This document shows positions 1 through 15,463 of a stretch of 64,000 nucleotides of DNA, piece after piece. The position numbers were made by a program, and so were the translations under genes. The stretch is from Octopus vulgaris (taxonomy: Eukaryota), in the NCBI GenBank assembly GCA_951406725.2, contig OX597814.1, forward strand, positions 158,906,001 through 158,970,000. Direction: 5' to 3'. Each line of letters starts with the position of its first letter. Positions within the stretch are counted from its first letter, which is position 1. Under the pieces are notes generated by a model, which searched no databases, was not told where the DNA came from, and saw only the letters and a list, made by a program, of their open reading frames with translations.

Positions 1-863
1 AAAGGGTTATAGAAACCAATGTAAATGTTATGGAAAGCATCTGTATTTCATGTCTGTTATCAGTGGTTCTTAATTATTTACATTCTCATTTTGACTCTCT
101 TGATGCATTTCCTTAAAAGCCTTATATTAAAAATATGGTTTCCTAGACTTTTGTTTTCTAGACTACAGCTTATTTCTTTGAATTTTATAGGTCATGCTCA
201 TAATTTAACTATTCAAATATTGCTTATGAATGAATGATGTTAAAAAAAATGAATATTTTCCATCAACTTGAAAAGCAGATATTATGATTAAGAAATAACA
301 TAACAGTTGCATTTAGAACAGCGTTCTCAAATACCTTCAAATAATGGTTGTCAAATAAAAATTTAAAAAATGCAAAGCTCAAAACCTTGCTATTAAAGCA
401 ATTTTAGAAATAAAAAATCTTTGAAAGCATAAAGAAAATGTGCACAAATTATCCATGCTACAAAATTGTTAGACATTATGAAATATTTGTCAGAACGGTA
501 TTATTTAGAGACAAATTTTAGGCTAGTGCTTAAAGCCACTGTTTGAAAATAAAAATGCATTTTTAAAATTTCAGTCCATTACAAAAATAGAAAGAAATTT
601 GCTAATTTAAATCACAAGGCTGGCAAATTTTATATATTTGAAGATGCTAACTATTAAGAATAATTTAACTGGATAAAATAAATTCACAACTCAATGAATA
701 ACAACTTCGTTCTAAAATGTAGTATTGTAGCTCAGCTTTAAATGCCTCCATATTACTGATTTTCTTATTCAAAGAATCACATAGATGTTTAATGACTTTT
801 TAGCATGACTAATTTTTCAATAAGTTTCTCATTTGATGTACTTAAACAAACAAACAAACAAAT

Positions 864-895
<32 letters not shown>

Positions 896-2014
896 TAAAT
901 CAGAACTAATCAATAAAGTTTTTTCCTAATATCAGAGTATATAATTACATTTTGTTAAGAGTTAAATGTCTCTGAAAATAATTGATTCTCGAAGAATAAT
1001 AAGTGAGATATTATAGCCGAGGCATCGTGGTTATTAAGTCTATCTTTATCAAGCAATGCTTAAGCATACATCTAGTGTGAAGGTAAGTAATTGAATATGT
1101 GAGACATTGCATCCTCATATATGTGATGTTTCAGTAATTTTCCAGGGTCACTGAACTCTGCTATGCAGAGACTGGCTGTTTGATTTCAGATAAATTGTTA
1201 TTAAGATTTGGTCTTTAATGATTGCTATTGAGGAGGGAGAAGTAGATTTTGTTTGTTCATTAGCTTTAATTACCTTAACTTAATTAGGAGGTCCTTGGCA
1301 ATACAGCACATCTGAATTTGGCTCCTTATAATGTGGTTGTTTTAATATGAGAGTCTATGTTGTTTGTATGTGTTCATATTGGATAAAAGTTATGTTTTTA
1401 GAATAGCACTGAAATATTATTCTGACGAGATTTTAAATTCTCAAAATATTTGCAGTTGATCAGAGATATTTTGTGGTTTGAAGCATGGAGAGAACATAAC
1501 CCAAACTAAATCAGTGTTGAAATTGGAAATTGGGGTTGATTGTACTAATGAGGAATAAGATAGTACTGAGAGTTTGCAACTAAAGTATTTTCATAGATTT
1601 AAAAAGATAAAACATTTCCACATGGTAGAATGTGGCAAGTACTAAACTGAGTGAAGAAAAACTTACAAAGAAATAGATAGACTATGTCTTACATTTAGTT
1701 ACACAAATATAATGAAATAGGATAATATATGTGTAACATTATAAAAAAAGAAGGCTGTATTGAATAATGTCCTAAATGTTCAAAAATGTAGGATGATTGC
1801 CTTTGATCACAGGTTTAGTCAATCAAGATTGACTTTGGGTTAAACAACAACCACAATTAGTGTTATAACATTTTTCATAAATCAAATATAAGTTAACATT
1901 GCTAACTAAACTTCAAATAATCAATAATGATAATAATCTATTGTGATATAAGTATATATATACATCTATTATTTTAGAGATTATTATATTGGAAAAAATG
2001 TAGATGAATCATAC

Positions 2015-2281
2015 CTTCAACAGTAAGTTTTGCTTTAGAAAATTTATTTCCAATTACACAGGAATATTCAGCTTTATCTTTTAAAGTGACATCGTGTATA
2101 ACAAGCTTCTGTACATACTTGTCTGTGATGATTTCAATTCGCTTACTTGACTTTACCTCCTTTCCTCCCTTCATCCATCTTACCTTTACATTAGGTTTTG
2201 TTAATTCACATGTGAATGAAGTAGTTTCACTTTCTTTCACTTTCGTATTTGCTAATTTTTTGATGAATTCAGGAGGTGCTT
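2015..2281 (-). CDS. Ig I-set exon (EAPPEFIKKLANTKVKESETTSFTCEL...KAKLTVE), divergent from the array
   Basis: 267 nt, aacag| and |gtatga, phase 1-1, open frame. Confidence 0.93.
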
Positions 2282-3660
2282 CTGTTGAACATTAAATAGG
2301 ATTAAAGTTAGCTTAAATATATAACTACTAAAATACGATTGCTCATTCTGAATGAATTTTCACTAAAATTACTAAGAGAGCAACATACCAAAACAATAAA
2401 ATAACTGTCATAGAAACTATGAAAACTTATATTTTTGTAATACAGAATATCATGCATGTACAAAAGAATATAATAAAATTTAAATTGTGAGCATGCTTTA
2501 GGATAAATACAACACAAGATATATAAAAAAATGGAGAAAAAATTGTAAAATTTCATCAAGAAAAGGAAATTATTTTAACAACTTCAAATCAAATTAAATT
2601 TTAAATTATGTCAAATTTCAAACCATATCAAAGTTTTAAAAAACTGTGAGAAAAAGAACATTTGAACAGACCCTTATAATAAATAATTATTAATTACTTC
2701 ATTAGGTTTATGTTTTAATGATCTAAACTCTAAACCAATACAAACATTTAGATATACAGCATGGCCGCAGCCTTCAGGCTAAAACATTTTTAAGGATTTA
2801 AGGATACAAATTTTGAACTATACAATATTTTTTATTATTTGTACACCATTCAGACTGAATTAGAAGTTAGATTTGATATTTTTATATTATGAATCAATAA
2901 CATTTGAATGATACAGAACTTTATTTTGTATTAAACTTCAGCAAAAATGCTCTACTACCTATTCACAAAAAAAAAAAAAATTTAAGTTTCAGGTCTAAGG
3001 GAGATAATTCTTTTCAGAAACTTTATTAAGAGAAAGTTTTAATTAACAAATTAACTATAAAATTTAATTATGATATATTTGAAAATTAAAAAAAAGTATT
3101 GCACTCATCCATTTTTGATAACTTTTTCACACAGTAACAGAAGACATAAAAGAAAAATGAAGAAAGCTCTGATAGAATGGACTAGGCTATAAATGAAGGA
3201 AGTCATTTTCAAACTGTGTATGTCTAGATATGTAAAAGCAATATATATAACATATACTTTGATCTTGTTTTATATATGTCTATTTCTTATAGGATAGCAA
3301 TATTTTTTTTATCATTTGAACTATTTCTTTTAAGTTTATTGCATATAGTCATTACTTTCTCATTAAGCCCTATGGATAACGTATTTGTGCCTTATTTAGT
3401 TTTTAAATTATTATTAAATTAATTTGAATATTGTTCTATCTACTCTTTTTCTTTTTACATTGGCAGAGTAAATAATTCTTCATATCCTGATTCTTTATCA
3501 AAATAAAAATGGAAAATAGTCTGACTTTGAATGAAAAGATCGTTCTGTTTTTCTATTTCATTGATTGCTGAACTACACCATTTTTATTCTATTAATTAGT
3601 ATAAAATTATTCATTTATCATTTATATACTAATGATAATGAATAAGCTATGTGAAAGAGC

Positions 3661-3839
3661 CTCAGTTTTGACCGACACCGAATGGACATGACAAGAAAAG
3701 AAGAATATTGTTAACTGAATGGTACAGCAGATGGAATATGACAGATATTTATAATAAAACATATTCTACTTCTTGAAGTATTGAGCACATAATTGTGTTC
3801 TTAAGTATATCACACAAGAATATATATATATATATATAT

Positions 3840-3881
<42 letters not shown>

Positions 3882-4098
3882 CTTTACTACCCACAAGGGG
3901 CTAAACACAGGGAGGACAAACAAGGACAGACAAAGTCGATTATATCGACCCCAGTGCGTTACTGGTACTTAATTTATCGACCCCGAAAGGATGAAAGGCA
4001 AAGTCGACCTTGGCGGAATTTGAACTCAGAACGTAACAGCAGACGAAATACGGCTACGCATTTCGCCCGGCGTGCTAACGATTCTGCCAGCTCGCCGC

Positions 4099-4155
<57 letters not shown>

Positions 4156-5230
4156 CATATATGTGTGTACTCTGAGTAATATGCCATCTCTTATTTAATA
4201 CTATTTGGCAGAAAAGTTTATTTAGTTATTTTGCCTTTTCTCCTGAGATAGAAATAATTGTTTATTGTTTAGTGGAAAGCATTGTGTGACACTTCAAATT
4301 CATTTAAAATTTAATAAACCTAATTGTATTTATGGAAAAAAACATTTATCCCAGTGTAAAGGATGGACATTTAAATCTAGGTGTTCTTTTGTCAAATCAT
4401 CTTCAGACATATGTTTCAATTTATAATAAAATGAAATAGAGATGTAGTCAAAAATACCTTTGTTCATTAACTTGGATGTGTTTAGCAATATCTAAATATT
4501 TTTTGTCCTGGGAAGGTCCTTCACTAATCAGCAACCACAGATTGTTTATGGTCAAAAGTGGGTGTAAAGGTGCCATTTATTGACTATAAATCTTCAGAAA
4601 TTATATACAGTATAACAAGAATGAAGCCAGATGGCCTTCCAAATGCTAGCTATTTGATCATAAAGTGTAAAACCTTACTATTTTTATAATGTGAGGTAAA
4701 GTAAACAGAATAAAGAATCTAAAAGTACAATATTTTGCCTCTGGCAATATTTGAAACTCTGGCCCCTTCACTAGTAATTCGTTTCTTCATTCACACAAAA
4801 TAAAACATAGTTTATCCTAGACCATTTTCAAATTCTTCAATTCTGCTTGGATTATATGCTTTGAACACTGTTTCTACATATATAATAAAGCTTTTGTAGT
4901 TGTGATGTATGTCTGTAGTGAGGCAAACAGCTTCAATTAGTCTATTTTCCTTTTACACATTTATTCATTAAAATTTTTATTATATGCTTTGAGACAGTTA
5001 TTGTTACTGTTATCAAGGTGGTGAACAAAGTCGGAACATTGGATACAGTGCCCTGTGGTATTTGTTCTGGCTCAGTTTTGACAGACATTGAATGGACATG
5101 ACAAAAAAAGAAGAATATTGTTAACTGAGTAGTGGATAGAATATGACAGATATTTATAATGTAACATGGTCTACGTCTTGAAGTATTGAGTACTTTATTG
5201 TGTTCTTAGGCACATTACACAAGATTATAT
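3661..5230 (+). repeat. Two copies of a ~170-bp direct repeat (3661-3830 and 5071-5230)
   Basis: Both read ctcagttttgac.gaca..gaatggacatgacaa.aaaagaagaatattgttaactga...cttgaagtattgag...cacaaga and end in (TA)n. Confidence 0.85.
3881..4099 (-). mobile_element. tRNA-derived SINE (octopus-type), embedded in (TA)n
   Basis: Minus strand GGCGGCGAGCTGGCAGAATCGTTAGC (A-box-like) ... GAGTTCAAATTCC (B box) ... GACTTTGCCTTTCATCCTTTCGGGGTCGATAAA; related copies at 25395 and 44335. Confidence 0.8.
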
Positions 5231-5400
5231 ATATATATATGCACATATATGTGTATGTACCTAACTGATCTATGATAGCCAACAACAATTCAAAGCTATA
5301 ACCTCTTCTCCAAACGTTTATTTAGAAAAAAAGATATATACATTAATATGATTTGCTCTTGATTCCTCACTGCGAGGAGAGTGGATAACTGTGGCAATTT

Positions 5401-5409
5401 TATCTATCC

Positions 5410-5478
<69 letters not shown>

Positions 5479-5572
5479 CCAATCTACCTACCTACCTACC
5501 TACCTACCTACCTACCTACCTACCTACCTACCTCCGTATGTATGTATGTATGCATGTATGTATTTATGTATG

Positions 5573-5606
<34 letters not shown>

Positions 5607-5620
5607 TGTATGTATGTATG
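5401..5620. repeat. Compound microsatellite (TATC)n(TACC)n(TATG)n
   Basis: Direct reading. Confidence 0.97.
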
Positions 5621-5887
5621 CATAAAACTTTCAGCCTTTCAGTAATTTTGTAACTTCTGTGGACTGAATATATATGTATATGTATGTAGGGAGAGAGAGA
5701 AAGAGAGAGTAGGAAATAGAAAGAATGACAGAGATAGAGACTAACAGAGACAGACAGACTAGTTAAAATAAATAGATGCAAATAAAAATTAATTCTAATA
5801 TTCTAGTAGCTATAGTATTTCTTAATCATATAACCATATGAATGGTTGCACTCAAATAAAGATTTTGAAGAAATGTTCAATTCGTAC

Positions 5888-6154
5888 CTTCAACAATTAA
5901 AGTAGCATTAGAAGAGACATGACCAAGGTCACAGATATATTCTCCTTTATCTTCAAAACATACTTCTTCAATTATAAGTTTCTGAATGAATTTCTCTGTG
6001 ATGATTCTAAATCTCTCATTTTTCTTCATATCCCGTCCATTTTTCAGCCAATTCACTTTAATATTTTCTTTAGTTAATTCACATGAGAAAACTGCTGTTT
6101 CCTTTTCAGTAACATTCACATTTGAAAGTGTTTTGGAAAATTCTGCCCCTGATT
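5888..6154 (-). CDS. Ig I-set exon (ESGAEFSKTLSNVNVTEKETAVFSCEL...NATLIVE), divergent from the array
   Basis: 267 nt, aacag| and |gtacga, phase 1-1, open frame. Confidence 0.93.
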
Positions 6155-6771
6155 CTGTTAGACATGCAAATGTAAACATAGAATTCAGCATCTGAACAGC
6201 AAAGCATTAATTTACACTGCAATTATTAAAGTAGAAATTGGCAAAACTAAAGCAAGTGAGATGTTTTAAGATTTCCAGATGAAAGAATATTTTTGTAAAC
6301 TGAAAGAAAAATTAAATGTATTTTCTTACATAAAGCCAAATCCAAACAAATCATTGCAATTCTAAAGCAATCCAGAGAAATCATTGAAAATAGGCCATGC
6401 CCAGCTTAAGTAATAATTTTGACAATCAAAAGTATTAGTTCAAAATAGAAAAAAACACATTTTAAAATAGATTATTAAAGAAATCAATCCATTAAGCTTA
6501 AAGTTATACTTCAAAACTTGTGTAGATGAACTTTGTATAATTAATCAGCAATATTTCATAAACAGTTTTTCTCCGTTTTTCAAATTAATATTATATGGAA
6601 TTCATGAGCATGATGACTAAAATTCTCTTGAAATACTTTATAATGTATATAAAGTTTAAAAAAATATAAAGAAATAAAAAGAATCTTCAAGCTATTTATG
6701 TTAGGTAATTTTTCAATGTATAAACATTTAAAAATCAAGGTTTGGAATTGTTAAAAGATTGAACTGACCAA

Positions 6772-6820
<49 letters not shown>

Positions 6821-6841
6821 TCAGCAACAAGTTGCTTAGCC

Positions 6842-6895
<54 letters not shown>

Positions 6896-7630
6896 AACTT
6901 TTTGTAAAAGTTCCTACCGTTTATGGTTCTATTTCCATACCAAATCTACTAGGTAATAATTATTAATTTTTAAAATTAATAATTATTTACCCTTATATTA
7001 TTAATTATATATATATATATATATATAATTTCAATAGATTTAAATAAGAAGCACATTCTTTTCTTGGAGTAGTCTGCATAGAAACAGTATCAAAGAATTA
7101 CCCAGGTAAAAAGATGTTAGCATATTCAACTATATAATAAGATGAATGACCATAAATCCTATTAAACTTTGAGGCAAGGTTAAAGGAAATAATTGATGCT
7201 GAAATATAAAAGTCAACTCTATTGAAAACACTAGATGGTTCATTAATGGTGTATACAGTGATAAAGAATACTCTATGAAATGAAAATGTTGATGCATATA
7301 TATTTTTAATGACTACAGATTATATGGGTCTATAGGAAAAAGACACATGAATTTTTTTGACTATATTCAGTATTATAATTATCTGTCCATAATATCATAA
7401 GATAGACATACCTAAACTTTAATCAAACTAAACCTATTTTAAAATATTTTCTCTTTTATATATATATATATATTTCCTTTTTGTATTCAGTTTGCAAGAT
7501 TCTCTATGTGAATTCGTGTGTTGAAGCATATTTTATTGTGTCTGCGGAGAGTCATTCTCTTTTAGCGCCTTATTAATTTAACAAACTCACCAATTTCTAC
7601 TCATTTATTTGTTTATGACTCTCCCAAGAC

Positions 7631-7800
<170 letters not shown>

Positions 7801-8699
7801 GAGCATATTTCCTAGAACTGCTGTGAGTATAGCATATTCTTCAGTCATTATACATCTAGTAATAACTCAGTATGGCAGAAGCCATAATTTTCTGATAAGG
7901 CCATACTAATACTGAAAATTGTCTGAAGCTGCATCCAGTACATGCCAGGAAAATGAAAATATTTGGTACTGGCTGTGATTTTAAATTCTGAATATTTTGA
8001 GAGTGCTTCTGCAGCCAAATAGCTGGTTTTGTAATCTTGCTTCTTCAAACACTTTCAGAGCAAAATAACTCACAAGCATTCTTTGACCTAATAGTATAGA
8101 TAATGAGCAAAAAAAAAAAAAAATTACAACTGTAGCAATAAAAAAAGTGATAGGTTGTTCTTTGTTTACCACAAAGATACAGGCTTCCTAAAATACAAAG
8201 AGCCAACACATCTATTACTTCTTGATTAATTGTTCTTCTGGGTAAAGCTAATACTCATTACTTTGTAAGTTAGAGTTTATTTTACTCATAATAAAGACAG
8301 GTACAAAAAACATTGAAATAGAGCAGTTATCAAAATAGATAAATTTAATCATGAACACACCTGTCATTAGAATATATCGGAAAGAATAAGGACAGGAAGA
8401 TTATATAGTCAAAATAGGATATGAAATATTAGTTTCCTTAGCTCATGTTAATAATTTATACAAACATATAACAATAATTATGATTACATAAAAAACATAA
8501 ACTAGTAGTATGTGTGATCAATTTGTTGAATCATAATAAAATACATCTCGTTAATTTTCATAGCCATTCTTTGAATGTATAGCAACATTTCTAATCAGAA
8601 AACTAATTGTAGAGCTACCTGGATACACTTCCTAATACACTTCCTAATACTTAAATATAAGAAATGGGGAAACTTGTGAAGGATGCAGCAAACTTTAAA

Positions 8700-9520
8700 A
8701 AAACAACCCTTGAGCTCTCACAAATTTTCAAAAGAAATATCTTCAGTACATTTCAGAATAGGACAACTGTTTTAACAAAATAGCTCAAATAAATGGTTAA
8801 CTACTGAATAATAGAATAAAAAATATCTTTCAAAGGTCACTGATGCAATTGCAAATAAAAAAGAAAACAGAAGAGTCTTTTATAACTGCAATCCAGCATA
8901 AGGAAGAAGCAATCAATAATTGCATCATTATCAAAGAATTATTATTAGCTCAACTAAGACGTGTCTGAAGTTAACAACAGGCCTTTAGTTACCTGTCAAG
9001 TTTCTTTATGATAATCTAAAAACATTCTAACTAAACCACTGTTTATAGTTGCTCTCTGAGATATCTTTACATCTATTAGAAAAGCCAGTCTCACAAGTTA
9101 TAATACCAAAGTATCAGGGGTAAACAATGCAATCTGATGTCAACAAATCATAAGGGCTTAATGTTATATACTTGCGGTATAATGAAAACAACTTGCAATT
9201 CAATACTAGAAAGTTTCAAATACTTGGCTACCAGGTATGTAATACTTAGCAACCTAGATAGGATATAGTGTTATCCCACAGCCAGATATATAAGACCTTC
9301 GAAATGCATAATTTTCTGCACATATAACTAAAGTGTGAGTAAAAAATAGATGCCTGATAGGAAAGCTCCAGTAAACATTTAGAACAATGGTGGTTCTCAG
9401 CAAGACTGTATGGATTCAACTGTTTAGAATTTGTTCAGAGCTATGATCTCTTGAAATGTCAACTTGAATTCTGACCAGGAAGTTTTACTGCAAGACAGCT
9501 GCTTGTTTACAGAAGACAGA
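8700..9520 (+). mobile_element. Possible very degraded LINE (RTE-like) fragment
   Basis: Only weak motif echoes (IIKELLL); boundaries uncertain. Confidence 0.3.
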
Positions 9521-9700
9521 TGAAGAAGAGACTTATAAATGGATGGGTTACCATGAAAATTTGTCATGAAAGATATGCAAATCCTCAAACTAGATACCAT
9601 TGCATAATGAAGAGGGTTTCCAAATTTTCCTCCAGTTAGGAATAGATGATGAAATGAATATAGATTCTGTTAAACATTCAAGATTTAATTGGAAGCATAC

Positions 9701-9967
9701 CTTGCACAGACAATGTTGCAGATGTAGACACATCACCTGCCACACAAGAATATTCTCCCATATCTTCCAAAGTAACATTTTCAATAATTAATTGATGAAC
9801 CTTCTTATCGGCAACAATCTTCAAGTGATTATCACTTTTGATTTCTTTTCCATCCTTTTTCCAAATGACTTTTATGTTTTCCTTTGACAATTCACATAGT
9901 AAAACAGCTTTTTCCTTCTCAGTCACATTAATATTTGTTAATTTCTTTGTAAATTCAGGTTTTATTT
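9701..9967 (-). CDS. Ig I-set exon, last (3'-most) unit of the homogenised array (...SATLSVQ)
   Basis: 267 nt, tttag| and |gtatgc, open frame. Confidence 0.92.
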
Positions 9968-10287
9968 CTAAACAAATATGAGTTTTTATTAGCAGACATC
10001 ACATGGACAGTAAAAAATGTGACATAACATAAACAAAACATACATTAATTTTTGCACATATAGAATAGATAAAAGTGTTACTATCACAGAGCACAATTAA
10101 GTGAAATACATCAACATTAATGCTACAAAACACTATAACAATATTTAAGCACAAAATATCTTCAAATTTGTAAGAAATCAACAGTATTTACAATGTTATT
10201 TTGTAACCATTCTAAGGTCCACATGAGAGTGGATGTCATATAGAGGATATATGCATGGTTTATCATTTTATAGAATATTTACATATA

Positions 10288-11223
10288 CCAGGTGTTCAGG
10301 CTAAATTTGTGTTTTTATGTTTACTTTTTACATATACTATTTCATGAATCATATTCTATAATGTTACCTTTTTCAGAAATAGCTTGATGTGTTAGGGAAA
10401 AGTAAATCGTGTTGGAGAGCATAAAATTAAAGTTGTAGTTATGAAAGAGATGACACGGAAGACCAGAAACAATCTGAATATTGTAGAAGAATTACTTGTA
10501 TCATCATGATTCACTCTGGATATCAAAATGCCAACATCTTGACTGCTGTTCAACTTTCTGTGAACACAATATAAGTTGTAAGACATGACATGGACAGCTA
10601 CGATGGAGACTATACAAAACTATAGCCAGCATGAAGGGATACAGCAGGCTTTCTGACTGTGTCTGCATGCCAAGATTCATCCCTACATCTTTGAACAGGG
10701 TCATAGGTTCAGTTCAGATGGCTATGTTAAGTTAGAAGATATTGTGGTCAATCCCTGGCAGGAGAGGGTTGTTGCTGGAAGGCCATATGTGTGGCAGCAG
10801 GATTTGACTCCTTGTCCATTCTTCCAGAAAGAGTCAGAAGTGGATACTAGAGAATTTCTATGACTTTACCAACCCCAACTCCAACTTCTGGATTTCTCAT
10901 TCCCCTAATTGTAATCCCTTGGACTACTATGTATGGGGTATGGTTGAGAAAGACACCAACCACTCTGTCTACAACACCAAGGCTGAACTGGTGGCCAAGG
11001 TCTAGAAAGTGTTCAAAGATCTTGGCAGGGCCACAGTGAGGAACATATGTTCTAAGTTTCAGGCTTGTCTTGAGGCTGTGGTAAAAGCTGAGGGCAGCTA
11101 CTTTAAGTAAACTGTTATCTCCCAGTTGATATATTTGGATTTTTTAAAAACTCTGTTTTTTGAAAGGATATTGTGTCTTATTTTCTTTTTATGCAAAGTG
11201 TTAAATTTAATCTGAACACCCTG
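10288..11223 (+). mobile_element. Degenerate Tc1/mariner (maT/DD37D-like) transposon
   Basis: TIRs caggtgttcaggctaaattt / aaatttaatctgaacaccctg; relic motifs WQQDLTPC and SPNCNPLDYYVW. Confidence 0.8.
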
Positions 11224-11232
11224 AATGTATAG

Positions 11233-11234
<2 letters not shown>

Positions 11235-11316
<82 letters not shown>

Positions 11317-11339
11317 ACGTTCATGCTTGCATGTGTGTA

Positions 11340-11375
<36 letters not shown>
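11235..11375. repeat. (GT)n plus (TA)n microsatellite
   Basis: Direct reading. Confidence 0.97.
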
Positions 11376-11377
<2 letters not shown>

Positions 11378-11734
11378 AAGCAAGAATATTGCAAGTGTAG
11401 CATATCAACATGTTGATAACTGATATTGTTCTAATATTGAAGGAAAAGTAAACAATCATGTGAATAACAAAATAATGACTCTAGACATAAACATTTGTGC
11501 CATGAAGAAATGACTTGCTGACCAGTGTCAGCCAGCTTCACTTGATATAAATATCAGTCACCTCTACATTTATAAATAGTATATGACTTGTTATGTAACC
11601 AAGAACAATTCATCAATTTCCCAAAAGCATTTCTAAATTACCAAATGGTAATATCACTGGTACTTATGTCTACTGGAAAAAGGTTGGCAAGGGATGTGAA
11701 AGGCATTTTTTGCAAAGAACCAGCCATTAATATT

Positions 11735-11982
11735 TGAACAATGTGGCTGAGCTATATACATCCCCTGCTTGACAAGAATACTGTTCTCCTGTATCTTACA
11801 AACTAGCATTTTCATTAATCAGGTGATGATCTTTTCAAGCAGTTATCAGTTTTGGTACCTTTACCATTCTATTTCCATGTGATTTTGAATTTTCTTTTGA
11901 CAATTATTCAAAGAGTGGAAGTTTTTCTCCATTCTTATTCACTTCAATGCTTCTTAATTTATTTGATATTTCAACTTTAATT
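11735..11982 (-). pseudogene. Degenerate Ig pseudo-exon
   Basis: Recognisable blocks (aatgtggctga, caagaata, ccattctatttccatgtga, ttttgacaatt) with indels; both splice sites lost; ends approximate. Confidence 0.75.
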
Positions 11983-13002
11983 GCAAATATAAATTTCCAA
12001 ATATCAATTGGAAAGAACAACAAAGAGCAATATTATACAAAAGGCATTAAAAGTGATTTACAGTGAATAACAATGAATGCTACAATTACAAGGAGACATA
12101 TCAATATAAAAGCTAAAGCATATTACAAAGTAACATTAAGCAACAAATATCTTCTAAAGTCATACAATAAATGTGATTATCAATAATGGAAATTTCTAAG
12201 CATCTTACCATTAAATCAATGAGAGATGCAATTATTTGCACAGATGTATCTTTTGAAATATTTACACACACAGATGCATTGCACTCAGATATATATATAT
12301 ATGTGTGTGTGTGTGTGTCTGTATATTTGAGTGAGCTTATGCAAGTTAATTGTTCATATAGAACAATATTTTGAAAATACTCTGTACATTGCCCTATATT
12401 AATATTTTGTAATTCTGAAAGACATAGAAAAAAGATTTGAGCTCAACTAGAATAATCATATACATATTTGATTACTGTAATCGAAAGAAAACACTATAAT
12501 GACTTCAAATATATATGTAACATTTAATAACCTTGATTACTAGAAATACTGAATAATGTAACTGTTTCTTCAATGTTGTTTGCCAAAACAGACTTGAAAG
12601 ACAAAATTTTTTATCAAAGCAATAATACATATAAAACAATTACATCACAACTAAAAGCCCAGTAGAACAATATTTGGCAAACAGTACTGTTTTGACACTG
12701 AAACCAAAATATAAACATGTGGAAAACAAAATAATGATACTAGATATACATATTGTGACCATTAAGATATGATGCGCTCATCTGTACCAGGTTCTCCTAC
12801 AGAAGGTTAGTCTGCAGGGTATAAATGAATATCTATCCCCTTCACCTTTATCATACCAATAAGTACAAATTACAAGTTTCCTACAAAGATTTTCTTTGGC
12901 AATTATTTTTCTGATTAATAATGGTTAGCAAGGTACATGGGAAAAAAATAAAAATATTTCACTGCAAAGAACTTGATGTTTCTATTGTATAAACAGGCAT
13001 AC

Positions 13003-13269
13003 CTTCCACAGATAATGTGGCTGATGTAGACACATCACCTGCCACACAAGTGTAGTCTCCTTTATCTTGCAAAGTAACATTCTCAATAATCAATTGGTGA
13101 ACTTTCTTATCGGCAACAATCTTCAAGTGACTATCACTTTTGATTTCTTTGCCACTCTTCTTCCATTTGACTTTTTTGTTTTCTTTTGACAACTCACAAA
13201 GCAAAACAGCTTTTTCTTTTTCTTTCACTTTAATATTTACTAATTTCTTTGTAAATTCAGGTTTTAGTT
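13003..13269 (-). CDS. Ig I-set array exon
   Basis: 267 nt, cttag| and |gtatgc, open frame. Confidence 0.92.
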
Positions 13270-14745
13270 CTAAGGGAAAACAATCCACAATTAGCAAACA
13301 ATCACATGGACATCAGAAAGCATGACATGAAAACAAAATAGAGGATATTTCAAAACTATGAGACAAATCAAACATATCAAAGTTAGAGCTACAACACACT
13401 ACAAAACAATATGAAAACAACATTCATCTTTAAAATTTGTACTAGAGTTTATGCTATCTGTATTGAAATTTTCTAACTGTTTTACTAATAACTAGATACA
13501 AAATGCTACAAGATCTATCTTTGTGTTTGAATGAGTGTGTGTGTGTGGGGGGGGGGGGTCATACTCAAAATCTGAATACAAAACAGGAATTTAGTATTTT
13601 TCTCATGATTTGACATAAATCTACAGACCACTGAATATTTTCAAGTCTCCTAGATATGTTCAAGTAACTAAGTTAATTTATACTCCTTATTATGATATAT
13701 GTGTAACAAAGGATTATTTTATAAGTTTATTTTTTACTGATATTTCTGATGCTGCAAGATATCTCAATACTTTATAAAGTTCAGGATTTGTCATCAGGTA
13801 AGAGATCTCTGACTATTACATTGACAGTGGACTTACATTTAAATATATATATATATATATATATAAACGCAACTAAAGTTTTAAGCTCCCTGGAAGACTT
13901 TTCTTTGATTTCATCAGGCAATCCAAGAAAAAAAATAAGGATATTAACAAATAAATATCCAAGATCAGTTGCAACTTTGGAAGGATCATAAGGAAGACTG
14001 AGGAGGACTGGTTTAAAATGGGACTTATTAATGAACCATCCATAAAGCAATTTGCCTCTAATGCATTTTTCATTTGTTATTCTTCAAACTCAAATATATT
14101 TCCATTTAAAAGTTACAAAGTGTCAAGATATATCCATCCATTATCATATTTGAGGAGTTATTTTGTGAAAGTAAGAATTTGTGAAAGTATGAACTAATAT
14201 GGGGCCTGAAGATACAACCATTAATTTTGAAACCTACTTTGGAATTCTGAAGAAGTTGCTTACTGATATGAACCTTTATAATTGCACAACCTTCTGACAG
14301 GATGGTGTATGCCTCTTTCTGCATAATGTAGAAAAAACTGATTTAGAACTAATGATAATACTCTATGGGTTAAATGTTCAGGATTATCTCCTAACCTGGT
14401 TCCTGTAGAAATGCAACAATTCTTCCTCACTTTTGGATTAAAAACTACTGACACAGGAGATAAACCTAGGAGACAAATATTAAAATTTAATCAGAAGTAT
14501 GCATTAAATCATTGACACTTTACTGGAGATAAAGTGGTTTCATAAAAAGTCATGAGAAGTAATTTGAATGTTTATACTTTTGTAAATTATTTCCAGATTA
14601 TCTGCTGTTTAAGTTATAAAATATATTCCTTCCATCCACATTATCAATTATAATACCAAACCATATTTTACATCTATGTATTCATCCTTGGGACCAGACC
14701 AGGAGAGTGCAGACTTACACACACACACACACACAGACAGGTATT

Positions 14746-14810
<65 letters not shown>

Positions 14811-15463
14811 GTGTGTGTGTGTGTGCATGCATGCGTGTGTGTGTGTGAGTGTACATGAAAACATTCCGTATATTGGGGTACATTTACCATTTATTAATTG
14901 TTGAATTTCATAGACTGTAAGACATAGAAAACAATTTTTATAAATAATAGAATATACTTATGAAAATTCTATGATGACTCCTAATTGTTACTTACTATTT
15001 AATTATCTTATTTAAAATAAATATTGAAGTCAAAAGTAAAATAATGATATGGTTTTTCAGTGTGTATACTATGTTACACTTCATAAGCAATCATGTGTAT
15101 CAAAGTAGTGTTTTATATTAGAAATAGGTACACAGCTATTCATCTCAATGAAGCAATAGTTGAGAAACAGTATCATTGTGACACTAGCGAACATAAACAC
15201 AGTTTTGTAGATAACAAAAATGACAGAAGATATACACTTTGGTGTTATTCAGATATGACACACCTGCCAGTGTCTGACTCTTCTAGAAGGTAGCTCTGCA
15301 AGTTATAAATAAATAAAAATCCACTTCATACTTATAAATAATACAATATTTTCTTGTCAACTGTATTGGCATTATTGCTGGAAATTATTTTTATGAATAT
15401 TTTACCTCAAAGAAATATTATACCACAAAGAACCAACTACTTCTAATATATAAATAAGCATAC

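Noticed and set aside
13640-14460. Cluster of short minus-strand ORFs, possible retroelement relic
   Set aside because: No diagnostic motif I could identify with confidence.
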